From positions 71,400,511 through 71,464,510 of the forward strand of contig NC_057711.1 in the NCBI RefSeq assembly GCF_004010195.1: a stretch of DNA of 64,000 nucleotides, read 5' to 3'. Below, in pieces: positions 12,099 to 24,095 of this stretch (positions within the stretch are counted from its first letter, which is position 1; the number at the start of each line of letters is the position of its first letter). The notes under the pieces were generated by a model, which was given only the letters and a program-made list of their open reading frames with translations, searched no databases and had not been told where the DNA came from. This DNA comes from Chiloscyllium plagiosum (Eukaryota). The position numbers and the translations under genes were made by a program.

Positions 12099-13424
12099 AA
12101 AGCTTTTTCTGCCATGAATGTAAGAGCATGTATCTAGAGAATCTGTAAAGGGCCTTGAAGAAAGGCATCAAATTGAGAAAAGAGGACTGCCATAGAAATT
12201 TGAGACTTGTGTGTAGTCACTTCATATGAAGAAGATATTCATGCCCTTCTCTTATAGGTCTCAGGTGAGTTTGTGATCCTTAACATGGGTGATTTGAGTT
12301 GATCCCATAATCTGCTGCAATTTAAGCAGAAGGAGGCCAGAACGATTGTTATCAACAGGAAGAGGAGTACCTGAAAATGTGAAGGTGGGAAATATTTTGA
12401 AGTGACTGTAATTATTCAGACATAAAACTAAAGCATACAACAGTCTTAACCATTCTCTAAGCAAGATCCTTTATGGGCAGACAAGTTATATGTAAGCACT
12501 AGAACCTTTACTGTAGGTTGAAATAAACAGCAACAAATATGTTTCATTTAATGAACATGTTTCTTCACTACATAGAAATGGATTTCTGATAGGCACAATA
12601 ACAGTTAAAATGACTTTCTGGCAGCAAAATATTGAAGATTTACCCCAACTAGAGAACATCAAGTTGTGTTATAGTTCTGAATAAAATGGAATGGATGTGA
12701 TTTTGTAAAGGGTGCAATCGGTTAAGATAAAAGAATCAGAAATGTTGCTGATCATAAAGCAAGCATTATTGTGTTTTATAGCTTGCAAGCAGCTTAAAGA
12801 TGTGAAAATCTATGATATGATTTACGAATGTCAGTGAAAAGAACAATAGTTAAAGGCCAAAGGAATACCTCTAAATGGGGTGGAATTAATTACATTGGTT
12901 GTGCAGAAATCCATCATTATCCTCTTGCTTCTCCAAGTCAAATTACTGATAATTCCATTCAGGTAAAGTTTCTTATTGTCCTATATGGGATGCACATCTA
13001 TCCTCACTGGGACTTATTGCAATCCATGAAACTTTAGATGCAGGCTGCCACAGGCCAAGAGCTGTGGATCCTGCATGGGCTGAAAGTGAACTCAGTTGAA
13101 AACCATTGTAGTTTGGCAACACAAAACAGGATGAAGCTTCTCACTGCCTACCCAGTCAGGTTCTGACCCAATTAAAACAGTGCTAAAGAAATTGTTTTAT
13201 CTAGCTTTGATTCAGTGGATCCTTCTTTGAATCAAGTCACAAACATAAACAATTTAAAAACTAATTTTAGCTCAGATTCTTCCACCAATCTTACTTCTGG
13301 CCTATGCTGCAAGATTCATTGGCTATAGGCTGGAGACCGGAATTATGCAGTATTATAGATTTGGTTCAGTTTGTATGCAACTGACAATTTATTTTAAATT
13401 AGCACTGTCAAATATTGAACAGAG

Positions 13425-13895
13425 AAATAGAAACATAAAAAATTGGAGCAGCTGTTGACTATCCAGCATATTGAGCCCTTTCTGCAACCATATGATCACG
13501 GCTGATCCTCCAGCTTAATGTCTCTCCCCATTTCCCTCAGCTTCAAGAAATCTATTTCCGTCTTAAATATATCCAGCGATGACACCTCACACATATGTGT
13601 GGAAGAGAATTCTCAGATGTCCAACCTTCTGAATCTTAGTATCTCAGACTGAATTGGCCTACACAATCTCCTGAGATCGTGAGCCCTGATTTGGACTCCC
13701 TACATGGTGGGGAAATATCATCACTGCATCCAGTCTGTCCAGTCCTGTCAGGATTTTATACATTTCAGTGAAATCCCTCTCTTGCCTCTGAAATCCAGTG
13801 AATACAGGCCTACTCAGCGCGATCTCTCCTCATCCTGCCATCCCAGGAATCAGTCTGATGAAAGTTAGCTGTATTCCTTCTAAATACTCTTTTCT
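13425..13895 (-). mobile_element. Old CR1-type LINE 3' fragment
   Basis: Diverged reverse-complement similarity to the other CR1 3' ends (gagccct...ttggactccc, ccagtctgtccagtcctgtcaggattttata). Confidence 0.65.
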
Positions 13896-14867
13896 GAAAT
13901 ACAAAAAGGAACTTTTAGCTTAATAGGTATCATCAACTTCAAGATACCTTGAAAGAAGAAACTGGTGAAGAAACTGAAAGAAACCATAAACTATAGAGAA
14001 ATTTGCAACAGCAACAGTATGTGATGGATGGCAGTTATAGGAAGGGGGGAAAGTCTCAGATACAGTCACATAGATGGGTTAACTCCAGGAAGGGTAAGAG
14101 CGGTAGGCACATAGGGCAGGAGTCTTTTGTGGAAGTACCCATTTCAAACAGGTATGCTGTTTTGGAAAATGGAAGGGGTGATGGACTCTCAGGGAAACGT
14201 AGTACGAACAGCCAAGTTTCTGGTCTTGAGACTGGCTCTAATGCAGCGAGGGATACGTCGGCTTCCAAGAGATCAATTGTGTTAGGGAATTCTGTAGTCC
14301 CAGGAACAGACAGATGTTTCTGTGGCCAGCAGAGACAAAGCAGAATGGTGTGTTGCTTCCCTGGTGCCAGGATCAAGGATGTCTCAGAGAAGGTGCAGAA
14401 TGTTCTCACGTGGGAGAGGGACCAGCAGGAGGTCATTGTCCACATTGGAACCAACAACATAGAAAGGGAAAAAGATGAGATTCTGAAGGGAGATTACAGA
14501 GAGTTAGGCAGAAATTTAAAAAGGAGGTCCTCAAGGGTAGTAATATCTGGATTACTCCCAGTGCTACAAGCTAACATGGCTCAGGGATGGGCAGGACTGA
14601 CAGCTTAATGTTCCAGGATGCAAATGCTACAGGAAGGATAGAAAGGGAGGCAAGAGAGGAGGGGGAGTGGCATTTTTGATAAGGGATAGCATGACAGCTG
14701 TGCTGAGGGAGGATATTCCCGCAAATACATCCAGGGAATTTATTTGGGTGGAACTGAGAAATAAGAAAGGGATGATCACTTTATTGGGATTGTATTATAG
14801 ACCCCCTAATAGTCAGAGGGAAATTGAGAAACAAACTTGTAAGGAGATCTCAGTGATCTGTAAGGAT

Positions 14868-15269
14868 AATAGGGTAGTTATGGTAGGGGATTTTAACTTT
14901 CCAAATATCGACTGGGACTGCCATAGTGTTAAGGGTTTAGATGAAGAGGAATTTCTGAAGTGCATGCAAGACAACTGTCTGATTCAGTATATGGATATAC
15001 CTACCAGAGAAGGTGCAAAACTTGACCTACTCTTAGGAAATAAGGCAGGACAGGTGACTGAGGTGTCAAATAGGGTAGTTATGGTAGGGGATTTTAACTT
15101 TCCAAATATCGACTGGGACTGCCATAGTGTTAAGGGTTTAGATGGAGAGGAATTTCTGAAGTGCATGCAAGACAACTGTCTGATTCAGTATATGGATGTA
15201 CCTACCAGAGAAGGTGCAAAACTTGCTCTACTCTTAGGAAATAAGGCAGGACAGGTGACTGAGGTGTCA
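14868..15269 (+). repeat. 201-bp in-frame tandem duplication inside the CR1 endonuclease
   Basis: Copies at 14868-15068 and 15069-15269; NRVVMVGDFNFP...QVTEVS appears twice. Confidence 0.97.
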
Positions 15270-16204
15270 ATGGGGGAGCACTTTGGGGCCAGCGACCATA
15301 ATTCTATTCGCTTTAAAATCGTGATAGAAAAGGATAGACCAGATCTAAAAGTTGAAGTTCTAAATTGGAGAACGGCTTATTTTGATGGTATTAGGCAAGA
15401 ACTTTTGAAAGCTGATTGGAGGCAGATGTTCGCAGGTAAAGGGACGGCTGGATAAATGGGAAGCCTTCAGAAATGAGATAACAAGAAGCCAGAGAAAGTA
15501 TATTCCTATCAGGGTGAAAAGGGAGGCTGGTAGGTATAGGGAATGCTGGATGACTAAAGAAATTGAGGGTTTGGTTAAGAAAAAGAAGGAAGCATATATC
15601 AGGTATAGACAGGATAGATTGAGTGAATCCTTAGAAGAGTATAAAGGAAGTAAGAGTGTACTTAAGAGGGAAATCAGGAGGGCAAAAAGGGGACATGAAA
15701 CAGCTTTGGCAAATAGAATTAAGGAGAATCCAAAGGGATTTTACAAATATATTAAGGACAAAAAGGTAACTATGGATAGAATAGGGCCCCTCAAAGATCA
15801 GCAAGGCGGCCTTTGTGTGGAGCCACAGAAAATGGGGGAGGTACTAAATGAATATTTTGCATCAGCATTTACTGTGGAAAAGGATATGGAAGATATAGAC
15901 TGTAGGAAAATAGATGGTGACATCTTGCAAAATGTCCAGATTATAGAGGAGAAAGTGCTGGATGTCTTGAAACGGTTAAAGGTGGATAAATCCCCAGGAC
16001 CTGATCAGGTGTACCCGGGAACTCTGTAGGAAGCCAGAGAAGTGATTGCTGGGCCACTTGCTGAGATACTTGCATCATCGATAGTCACAGGTGAGGTGCT
16101 GGAAGACTGGAGGTTGGCAAACGTGGTGCCATTGTTTAAGAAGGGCAGTAAAGACAAGCCAGGGAACTATAGACTGGTGAGCCTGACTTTGGTGGTGGGC
16201 AAGT

Positions 16205-16792
16205 NNNNNNNNNNNNNNNNNNNNNNNNNNNNNNNNNNNNNNNNNNNNNNNNNNNNNNNNNNNNNNNNNNNNNNNNNNNNNNNNNNNNNNNNNNNNNNNN
16301 NNNNNNNNNNNNNNNNNNNNNNNNNNNNNNNNNNNNNNNNNNNNNNNNNNNNNNNNNNNNNNNNNNNNNNNNNNNNNNNNNNNNNNNNNNNNNNNNNNNN
16401 NNNNNNNNNNNNNNNNNNNNNNNNNNNNNNNNNNNNNNNNNNNNNNNNNNNNNNNNNNNNNNNNNNNNNNNNNNNNNNNNNNNNNNNNNNNNNNNNNNNN
16501 NNNNNNNNNNNNNNNNNNNNNNNNNNNNNNNNNNNNNNNNNNNNNNNNNNNNNNNNNNNNNNNNNNNNNNNNNNNNNNNNNNNNNNNNNNNNNNNNNNNN
16601 NNNNNNNNNNNNNNNNNNNNNNNNNNNNNNNNNNNNNNNNNNNNNNNNNNNNNNNNNNNNNNNNNNNNNNNNNNNNNNNNNNNNNNNNNNNNNNNNNNNN
16701 NNNNNNNNNNNNNNNNNNNNNNNNNNNNNNNNNNNNNNNNNNNNNNNNNNNNNNNNNNNNNNNNNNNNNNNNNNNNNNNNNNNNNNNNNNNN
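16205..16792. other. Assembly gap (588 N)
   Basis: Run of n characters inside the CR1 RT region. Confidence 1.
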
Positions 16793-18021
16793 GGCTGAAC
16801 AGACTGGGGCTGTTTTCCCTGGAGCGTCGGAGGCTGAGGGGTGATCTTATAGAGGTTTGCAAAATTATGAGGGGCATGGCTAGGATAAATAGGCAAAGTC
16901 TTTTCCCTGGGGTCGGGAAGTCTAGAACTAGAGGGTATAGGTTTAGCGTGAGAGGGGAAAGATATAAAAGAGACCTAAGGGGCAACTTTTTCACGCAGAG
17001 GGTGGTACCTGTATGGAATGAGCTGCCAGAGGAAATGGTGTAGGCTGGTAAAATTGCAACGTTTAAGAGGCATTTGGATGGATATGTGAATAGGAAGGGT
17101 TTGGAGCGATATGGGCTGGGTGCTGGCAAGTAGGACTAGATTGGGCTTGGATATCTGGTCGGCATGGACGGGTTGGACTGAAGGGTCTGTTTCCATCCTG
17201 TACATCTCTTTGACTCTATGACTCTATAACTGATCACACTGTTAACAATTCACTTACCCCTGAATGTACCACGTTCCGGCATATTTTGTGAATAAGCACT
17301 ACAATTTCTTGTCTTTACGTGAATTTTAATGACAGATCTATCAGCAAGGCACAGTTATAATGTAGCCTGTGGGGATACAAATTAACTTGGACATTAATGT
17401 CTGTATTTAACTGTGCTTGTGTGGACTCCATAGTTTGCAGTTTGTTTTACTCCATAATACCTGCAATGAATGGGTCAGGGTTCGGGTTAAATGATGTTAA
17501 TAGCTGCATTGCTGTTCTTAATACAAATTTCATGCACTTCTTCAAGGACTGGCACGTTTTGACCAGCTGCTGTAAGTAGTTGCAGAAGACTGTCTGAGCA
17601 GGAAAGGCCCTGAAAAATGCAGCAACATGGCAGACAGATACGTTAGTACAGCACAGTAGGCATCAGTACAAGAGGCAGATGGGCGTAGAGAAGAGTTATA
17701 TCCACAGAGAACCAGAATGTACTTTGAACAGATGCTGTGAAGGAAGTGGGAGCAGAGAGTTACCATGGCCAATGTCAGTATAGTCCTAAGGTCCTGGATG
17801 TGGAGTCTTAAGAAATTCATGGACTTCATATGAATATTCAAGGTGAATGAATGTGTCTTCAAATGAATTACAAACCATATTCGCTGCTCAATTTTCTACC
17901 ATCCCTTCGCCTATTAAAGATCTCTGTCAACCATGATTCAGAACTCACTTTCATAGCTTTACCTATCCTCACACATTTGACTTAGACAAGACTCACACCC
18001 ACGTAACTCAAATTTTTGCAT

Positions 18022-18380
18022 ATTCTTTCATGGGAGGCCAACATCGTTAGTAATGCCAGTATTTGCCCATTCCTATCGCCCCTTGTACCGAATGGTTTGC
18101 TAAACTGTTAGGAATATGCAAATTCCACATGGACATGTTGCCCAAGGGTGGAACCATTAGGATAGCAGTTGAGCGACAGTTGTGTTGCCGGGCTCCGGAG
18201 TCACATGTATCCCAGACCAAGATGAGATGACGGATTTCCCTCCTTAAAGGATTAGGGCAAATCATTTGAATTTTTACAACAATTGATGACAGTTGCCGTT
18301 ATGATGATTGGTGAGATTAACTTTGTATTCCAGACTGTTTAAATGAATTTAAATTCCACCAGCCAGTGTGATGGGATTTC
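18022..18380 (-). mobile_element. Second SINE family, decayed copy
   Basis: Similar to 29935-30252 (ttcatggga, ttgcccat, ggagtcacatgt, ttccctccttaaagg, gaatttaaattccacc). Confidence 0.7.
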
Positions 18381-18576
18381 CAGCTATTCAACAAGAAAGT
18401 CATATCATTCAAACACAAGGTTCACTCATGGATACACTTTCATTTCTCTTCCAGGATAAGGTGGCTCATAGTCGTAGACATCAGCATCTAGCTGAGCGAG
18501 GACAGGCATAGCTGCATGGAGGAGATCTTCAACTATGGAGGAAATGGTGCTCACCATCATTGGAGTGCCCATGCAT

Positions 18577-18612
18577 ATTCCTGATGAAGGGCTTTTGCCC
18601 GAAACGTCGATT
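18577..18612 (+). ncRNA. Minimal type I hammerhead ribozyme motif
   Basis: attc-CTGATGA-a-GGGC-tttt-GCCC-GAAAC-GTC-gatt. Confidence 0.78.
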
Positions 18613-18673
18613 TTACTGGTCCTCGGATGCTGCTTGAACTGCTGTGCTTTTCCAGCACCATTCTAAACTAGAC
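18577..18673 (+). mobile_element. Short PLE-derived insertion (family A)
   Basis: Homologous to 44723-44851 and 10760-10857; no clear TSD seen. Confidence 0.85.
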
Positions 18674-19684
18674 CAAAGCCAGGGTCAGTGGTGTGTGAAG
18701 GGATTGAAGTGAAGGAATATCTCTATCTAATCCTCCTTCTCAAATTTATATCCCACTCCCCTCAGATCCCAAAATCTCTTCTGGTTTACTAGCTCCAGGA
18801 AGTCTAATCATGTACTTCTCAAAAGTTACCCATCCCTAATCTCAGTCTTACCTTTTGTGTCTTTCTTCTTTCAGAAATCCAAGAACAGCCATCTGGCCAG
18901 GCTGTGTTAGAGAAGCAGGTGGCGAGAAAGGGGAAAGAGAGTAATAGATTATAAACACTCACAGATTAGGAGGTATCAGATTCGAGGTTGACACTGTATG
19001 TACTCTTTATAACTTATTTATGTAAAAACAGCATCTATTAGCAATTCCTAATTGTTCATGAGAAGGGAGTTCAAAGAAAGAATCTGCACATGGTGAGACA
19101 TTGGACATGAATGGTCTGTAGCTAGAGTAGCAGAAAGGTTAGTGCAGGTGACAGCTGAAGGAGGAAGTCAATGTCTCTGGTCTGCAGTGGAATCTCAAGC
19201 TGAAGTCACATAATCTCAGCTTGTTTCCATAAAGGCAGGTTGCTGTCATCCTTAGAGAGGACACTACCTTTGGCCTCCACAACGCCACCAGCCAGGGCAG
19301 CACCTTAGCAATCCTCACAATGTAGTGAATGCTGTAAGTGCCAGCAAGTCCCTTTGTACATTCAAATCTTCAGTGATGCCACATCCCCAGTGATGGCAAG
19401 CCACTCCTTGTTAATGTCACCATCTTTGAGGAGCTGTACAAGCCTGTAAACACATACATAGTCAGCAACAGCCAATAGAAATAAATCTGTAGCTCATCCA
19501 AAATAATTGCTAATTACTTGAAATAGCTCTGGGAGTAGGAGCTTCTTCGTTTTTATAACTGGATTACTGAGGTTGAAAATGGCAAGTTCAGAGTCAAATC
19601 AGTTATGCGCTGATCTACCCACACGATATTTGCAAATTTCTGACACATACTCCAGTCTTTCCAAAATGATGCTTGCTGCAGCTT

Positions 19685-19977
19685 GCAGCAAGGTGGCTCA
19701 GCGGTTAGCAATGCTGCCTCACAGCACCAGGGACCAAGGTTTGAATCCAGCCTTGGACAACTGTCCATGTGAAGTTTGCACATACTCCCCATGGCTGCAT
19801 CAGTTTCTGCTAGGTGTTCTGGTTTCCTCCCACAGTCCAAAGATGTTAGGTGGATTAGTCATGGGAAATTCAGGTTTACAGAGACTGAGAAGAGGGATGG
19901 TCTGGTTGGGATACTCTTCAGAGGGCCAGTATGGATCAATTTGGCTGAATGGCCTGGTTCCACACTGTAGGGATTCT
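19685..19977 (+). mobile_element. HE1-type SINE (older)
   Basis: tRNA-like head ggtggctcagcggttagca, central ggtttcctcccacagtccaaagatg, tail ccacactgtagggattct. Confidence 0.9.
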
Positions 19978-20135
19978 CTTTCAAGCCAAGAAGCACATGC
20001 ACAGTGACCATTTTAAACCTGAAATGGTACACATAGCAGCAAAAGACACCTGCATTTATGTAACCAAAATTTGTGATGTGGTAATTTATTGTAATTTTTT
20101 TTACCAGAACTTATTTGGGAAATAAATTATAAGAG

Positions 20136-20737
20136 TAGAATTAGCTTTATTGTCCCATGAAAAATTAAAAAGTCACCATTTATGGCGATATCTTAGGTCC
20201 AAAGGTACCTGGGTACAGCTTCTGAAGTACAAATTCTTATGGAAAAGAAATTAGGAAAATAAAGAAATAAAAGGTTCCAAATAACAGTTCTTCCAAGCTC
20301 ACCTACATTGGCACCAAGCCTTTAGACTGCACCTAGCCTTGACTCCAGATCATGCCGGGCTTCACCATGAGCCTCTTGAGACTGAGAGACTGCTCGAGCA
20401 TCATTTCAAGGCCAGACGACCATGCTGAGACCGTACTAGGCCAAAGGACAGCCATGCTGGCCGCTAAGAGAGTGCCATTCCAGGCCAGGAGACTGCCACG
20501 CCAGGTCGAGAAGTCGCCGCACTGTGCCAAAAGATCGCCACGTTGGGCAGAGGGATCACCACACAGGGTCCATGCTGAGCCAAGAGTCTGGGTCTACGCT
20601 GAGAGCAGGAGTTCAGGATGTTGCCAGGAAGGAAGAAGGAATAAAAAAAACACAGGAGAAGTGAACGATAAAAAGTGAAAAGAAATGGACGGAGCAGGTG
20701 AGCTCTGGCTGAAGAGTCCTACTCTGCTGCCATCTTG
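20136..20737 (-). mobile_element. Unclassified non-autonomous retroelement-like repeat
   Basis: Minus strand begins CAAGATGGC and ends catgggacaataaagctaattcta; contains internal degenerate ccatgctg..cc repeats; second partial copy at 8885-9065. Confidence 0.55.
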
Positions 20738-21234
20738 CAAGAGAATGTAGGGAGGTTTGTCCATTATTGATCCTCTTAACAAGCTCTTAATAAATCAAGA
20801 GAAAGGTTTCTCTGCACTGTGTCATATTGAATCTGCCATAATCCTGGCAAAGTTTCAGACACATGGGAGGAGTTAGCATTGACCTTAATCCTTCATTAGA
20901 ACACATCCCGCTGTGAATTGCTAGTTTGAAATTGTGGAGAAACTTGAGCAGTCCAATGATCCCTTGAGTGAAGCACTGGAAATGTCGACCATGGGTACCA
21001 GCCTAAGTAAGGTGGGGTGGGGGATGGAGTGGGGGAGTCAATCAAGGTTCAGTACAAAAAGTGCTCTAAGGCAGACCAGGCAAAAAAGGCAGAAGAAAGC
21101 TGCAGTGGCAAGGAGGTGCTGATCATCATGGTTCAACCTTACACTGAAATATGACCAATCCAGGTCATTGCACACCTCACCATTCAGCATGACAACATGA
21201 TCTATTTCAATCACATATTTGTATTTTCACTCTC

Positions 21235-21348
21235 CAACCTGTAAGGTGGTAGAGGCAGAAACTCACATAACATTTAAGGAGTAATTAGATGTGCACTTGC
21301 AATGCAAAAGCGTACAAGGCTTTGAGCAAAGTGCTAGGTTGAAAAAGT
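21235..21348 (+). mobile_element. Old CR1-type 3' fragment (continues at 24217-24298)
   Basis: ggtggtagaggcagaaactc...catttaaggagtaattagatg...; the tail ttcctgtgctgtagacctctat follows the PLE. Confidence 0.6.
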
Positions 21349-23337
21349 CTTCTTCCCATCCGACAGACCCCTTTGCCCATCTCCTATACTCTCCCTCCAC
21401 TTGGAGCCCTCCCTCTGGCTGTTTATCTGCACTCAACCTGCTCTTTGAGAACTGTCAATGTGACATGGGTCGCCTCAATCTGTCTGCATCCCCCTTACCC
21501 ATTCCAACCTATCTCCCTCTGCACTCCATGCTCTCATATCTGACACGACTCTGTAATTAAGCCTGTCAACAAGGGTGGTGCTGTTGTAGTCTGGCGGACT
21601 GATCTCTACATTGCAGAGGCTGAGTGTCAGGTCTCAGCTACCCCCTCATATCTCCCTCTGGACCATGTCACCATCATGAACCATCACGCTACCAGGGCCA
21701 CAGTGGTGACTAACCTCATTTCATCTGGTGATTGCCCCTCCCCCCCGACTGCCTCCAAGCTCATACTCTGCCAGCCCTGCACAGCTCACTTCTACCTCCT
21801 TCCCAAAATCCACAAACAGGACTGCCCAGGTAGACCCATCGTTTGTGCCTGCTCCTGACCCACAGAACTCATCCCTTCCTACCTTGACTTGGTTTCCTCT
21901 CCCCTTGTCAAGTCTCTTTTCATTTACATCCTCTCTGATGCTTTACGTCAGTTTCAGAATTTCCAGTTTGCAGGATCCAGCCGCCTCTCTTTACCATAGA
22001 CATGGATTTCCTTTACACATCCATCTCCCATCAGGATGGTCTTAGGGCTCTCCACTTCTTCCTGGAAAAGAACACCTGAGCCATCCCCAGCCACCACCTT
22101 CTTCCTCCGCCTGGCTGAGCTTGACCTCACTCTGAACAACTTCTCTTTTAACTCCTCTAACTCTCTTCAGGTTAAAAGGATGGCCATGGGTACCCACATG
22201 GGCCCCAGTTGTGTCTGTCTCTTTGTGGGATATATTGAACATCCTTAGTTCCATTTCTATTCCAACCTTCACCCATAACTCTTCCTCCGGTATATCAGTG
22301 ATAGCATCGGTGCTGCTTCCCTCTCTCATTTGGAATTCATAAACTTTATCAGTTTTGCTTCCAATTTCCACCTCACTTTCATCTTCACCTGGCCCATCTG
22401 TGACTCCTCCCTTTCCTTTCTTGACATCTTGCTTTCATTTCTGGGGATAGATTGGCCACCAATATCCACTACAACCCACTGACTCCCACAGTTAGCTCAA
22501 CTATACATCCTCACACCCTGCACCCTGTAAAGACTCTATTCCATTCTCTCAGTTCCATTGTTTCATCTGTTTTGATGATGCCAAATTCAATAAAAGGCCT
22601 CCAAAATGTCCACCTTCTTCCTCAACTGATATTTCCCCAACACCATAGTTGACAGGGCCCTCAGCTGGGTCCTACTCATCTCCCACACCTCAGCCCTCAT
22701 CCTCTTTCTTTCCTCCCATAACAGTGATAGGGTTCCCCTTGTCTTTACCTACCATCCCACCAGTCTCCACCATTTCAGCCACCTCCAACGGGATGTCACC
22801 ATCAAACATGCATTCCCCTCCCCTCCCCTACCTGTCTTGTGCTGGGTCTGTTCCCTTCCAACATCCCTCCCTACAGCCTCTTGGCACCTTTCCCTGCAAC
22901 AGCTGAACATGTGCCCATTTACTTCCTTCCTCCTCAGTATCCAAGGGCCCAAACATACCTTCCAGGTGAAGCAGTGACTTACCTGCCCTTCTCGCAATCT
23001 AGTCTGCTGCATTCACTGCTCACAATGTGGTCTTCTCTACATTGGGGAAATGAATGTAGACTGGATGCCAGCTTTACAGAAAACCTATGTCCTAGCTGCA
23101 AAAAAGTCTCTGATCTTCCAGTTGCCTGCCACTTCAAAACACCACTCTGTTCCCTAGCCAATATTTCTGTGTCAGGCTTGCTGCAGTGCTGCAGAGAAGC
23201 TCAGTGCAAGCTGCAAGGACCTCATGTTCCGCTTGGGAGCTCTGCTGCCTTCTGGACTCAAAATTGATTTCAATAATGTAGCACTTGAGCACCTTCCCCC
23301 AATCCCTCCACTCCTCCACCTACTGCCCCTCCCCATC

Positions 23338-23364
23338 TCTCTCTCACACACACACACACACACA
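23338..23364. repeat. (CT)n(CA)n microsatellite
   Basis: tctctctcacacacacacacacacaca. Confidence 0.85.
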
Positions 23365-23365
23365 G

Positions 23366-23570
23366 ACAAGCAGGAGGTTGGAAGAACACAGCAAGCCAAG
23401 TAGCATCCAGAGGTTGAGAAGTTAACGTTTCGGGTGTAACCCTTCTCTAGGACTGGGAGTGGGTGTAAGGAGAGCTGCAGATAAAGGGGGTGGCAGGGGC
23501 AGGAGGTGTGTTGAGGTGGGGATAGGTGAACACAGGTAGAGGGTACGATCTGGTTGGTCAATGGGAGGAA
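23366..23570 (-). mobile_element. Antisense PLE terminal-repeat fragment nested in the larger PLE
   Basis: Reverse complement contains gtc-ctagaga-aGGGT-tac-ACCC-GAAACGTT-aac (core box mutated), followed by a ggatgct...ttgctgtgttcttcca segment like family A. Confidence 0.7.
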
Positions 23571-23791
23571 TGTTATTGCACACAACCCATTGTTAACCAC
23601 TAATAGTCCCCATAAAGAGCTATTCATTCTTCCAGGCTGACCATTATCTGTCTGTCCAACTGTGTTTTTCTCCCTCTCTTTGGGCTCTATCTCCACCTAT
23701 TGTTTATTCCTTACCCCCTCCCTTTGACTGAATCTTTCTCATAAAAAAACATTTTCCCAGCTACCATCAGTTCTGAAGAAGGGTCACTGGA

Positions 23792-24095
23792 GGCATGGTG
23801 GATCAATGGTTAGCACTGCTGCCTCACGGCCAGGGAACCAGGTTCAATCTCACCCTCAGGTGATGGTCTGCGTGGAGTTTCCATGTTCTCCCTGTATCTG
23901 CGTGGGTTTCCTCCACGTGCTCTGCTTTCCTTCCATAGTCCAAAGATGTGCAAGCTAAGTGGATTAGCCATGGGAAATGCAGATTTACAGGAACATGATA
24001 GGGAGATGGGTCTGGCTGGGATGCTCTTCTGAGGGTCAGTGTGGACTTGATGGTCCAAATGACCTGTTTCCACACGACAGGGATTCTAAGAACAT
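23792..24095 (+). mobile_element. HE1-type SINE inserted into the PLE hammerhead
   Basis: SINE head, central domain and gggattct tail lie between ctgaagaagggtcactgga and the remainder of the family B terminal repeat (from about 24098). Confidence 0.9.

Larger units (their letters stand above)
14003..17228 (+). mobile_element. Long CR1/HER1-type LINE (ORF1 SGNH-esterase part, ORF2 endonuclease/RT, 3' tail), disrupted
   Basis: ORF1 IVLGNSVV...CFPGARI...VIVHIGTNNI; ORF2 LGLYYRPPN, VMVGDFNFP, SDHN, KSPGPDQ, NYRLVSLT; (gactctat)n tail. Contains stops, an internal deletion, a tandem duplication and an N gap. Confidence 0.97.
17620..19000 (+). pseudogene. Decayed intron-containing Myb/SANT-like gene of a PIF/Harbinger transposon
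   Basis: 17666-17842 reads VQEADGRREELYPQ...*RKWEQRVTMANVSIVLRSWMWSLKKFMDFI*IFK, followed by gtgaat. Acceptor tttctcttccag precedes 18455 DKVAHSRRHQ...EEMVLTIIG. A further acceptor, ttcttctttcag, ends at 18874. Confidence 0.6.

Noticed and set aside
16042..17129. Longest ORFs in the track (273-333 aa)
   Set aside because: They are open only because they run through 588 N; the flanks are CR1 ORF2.
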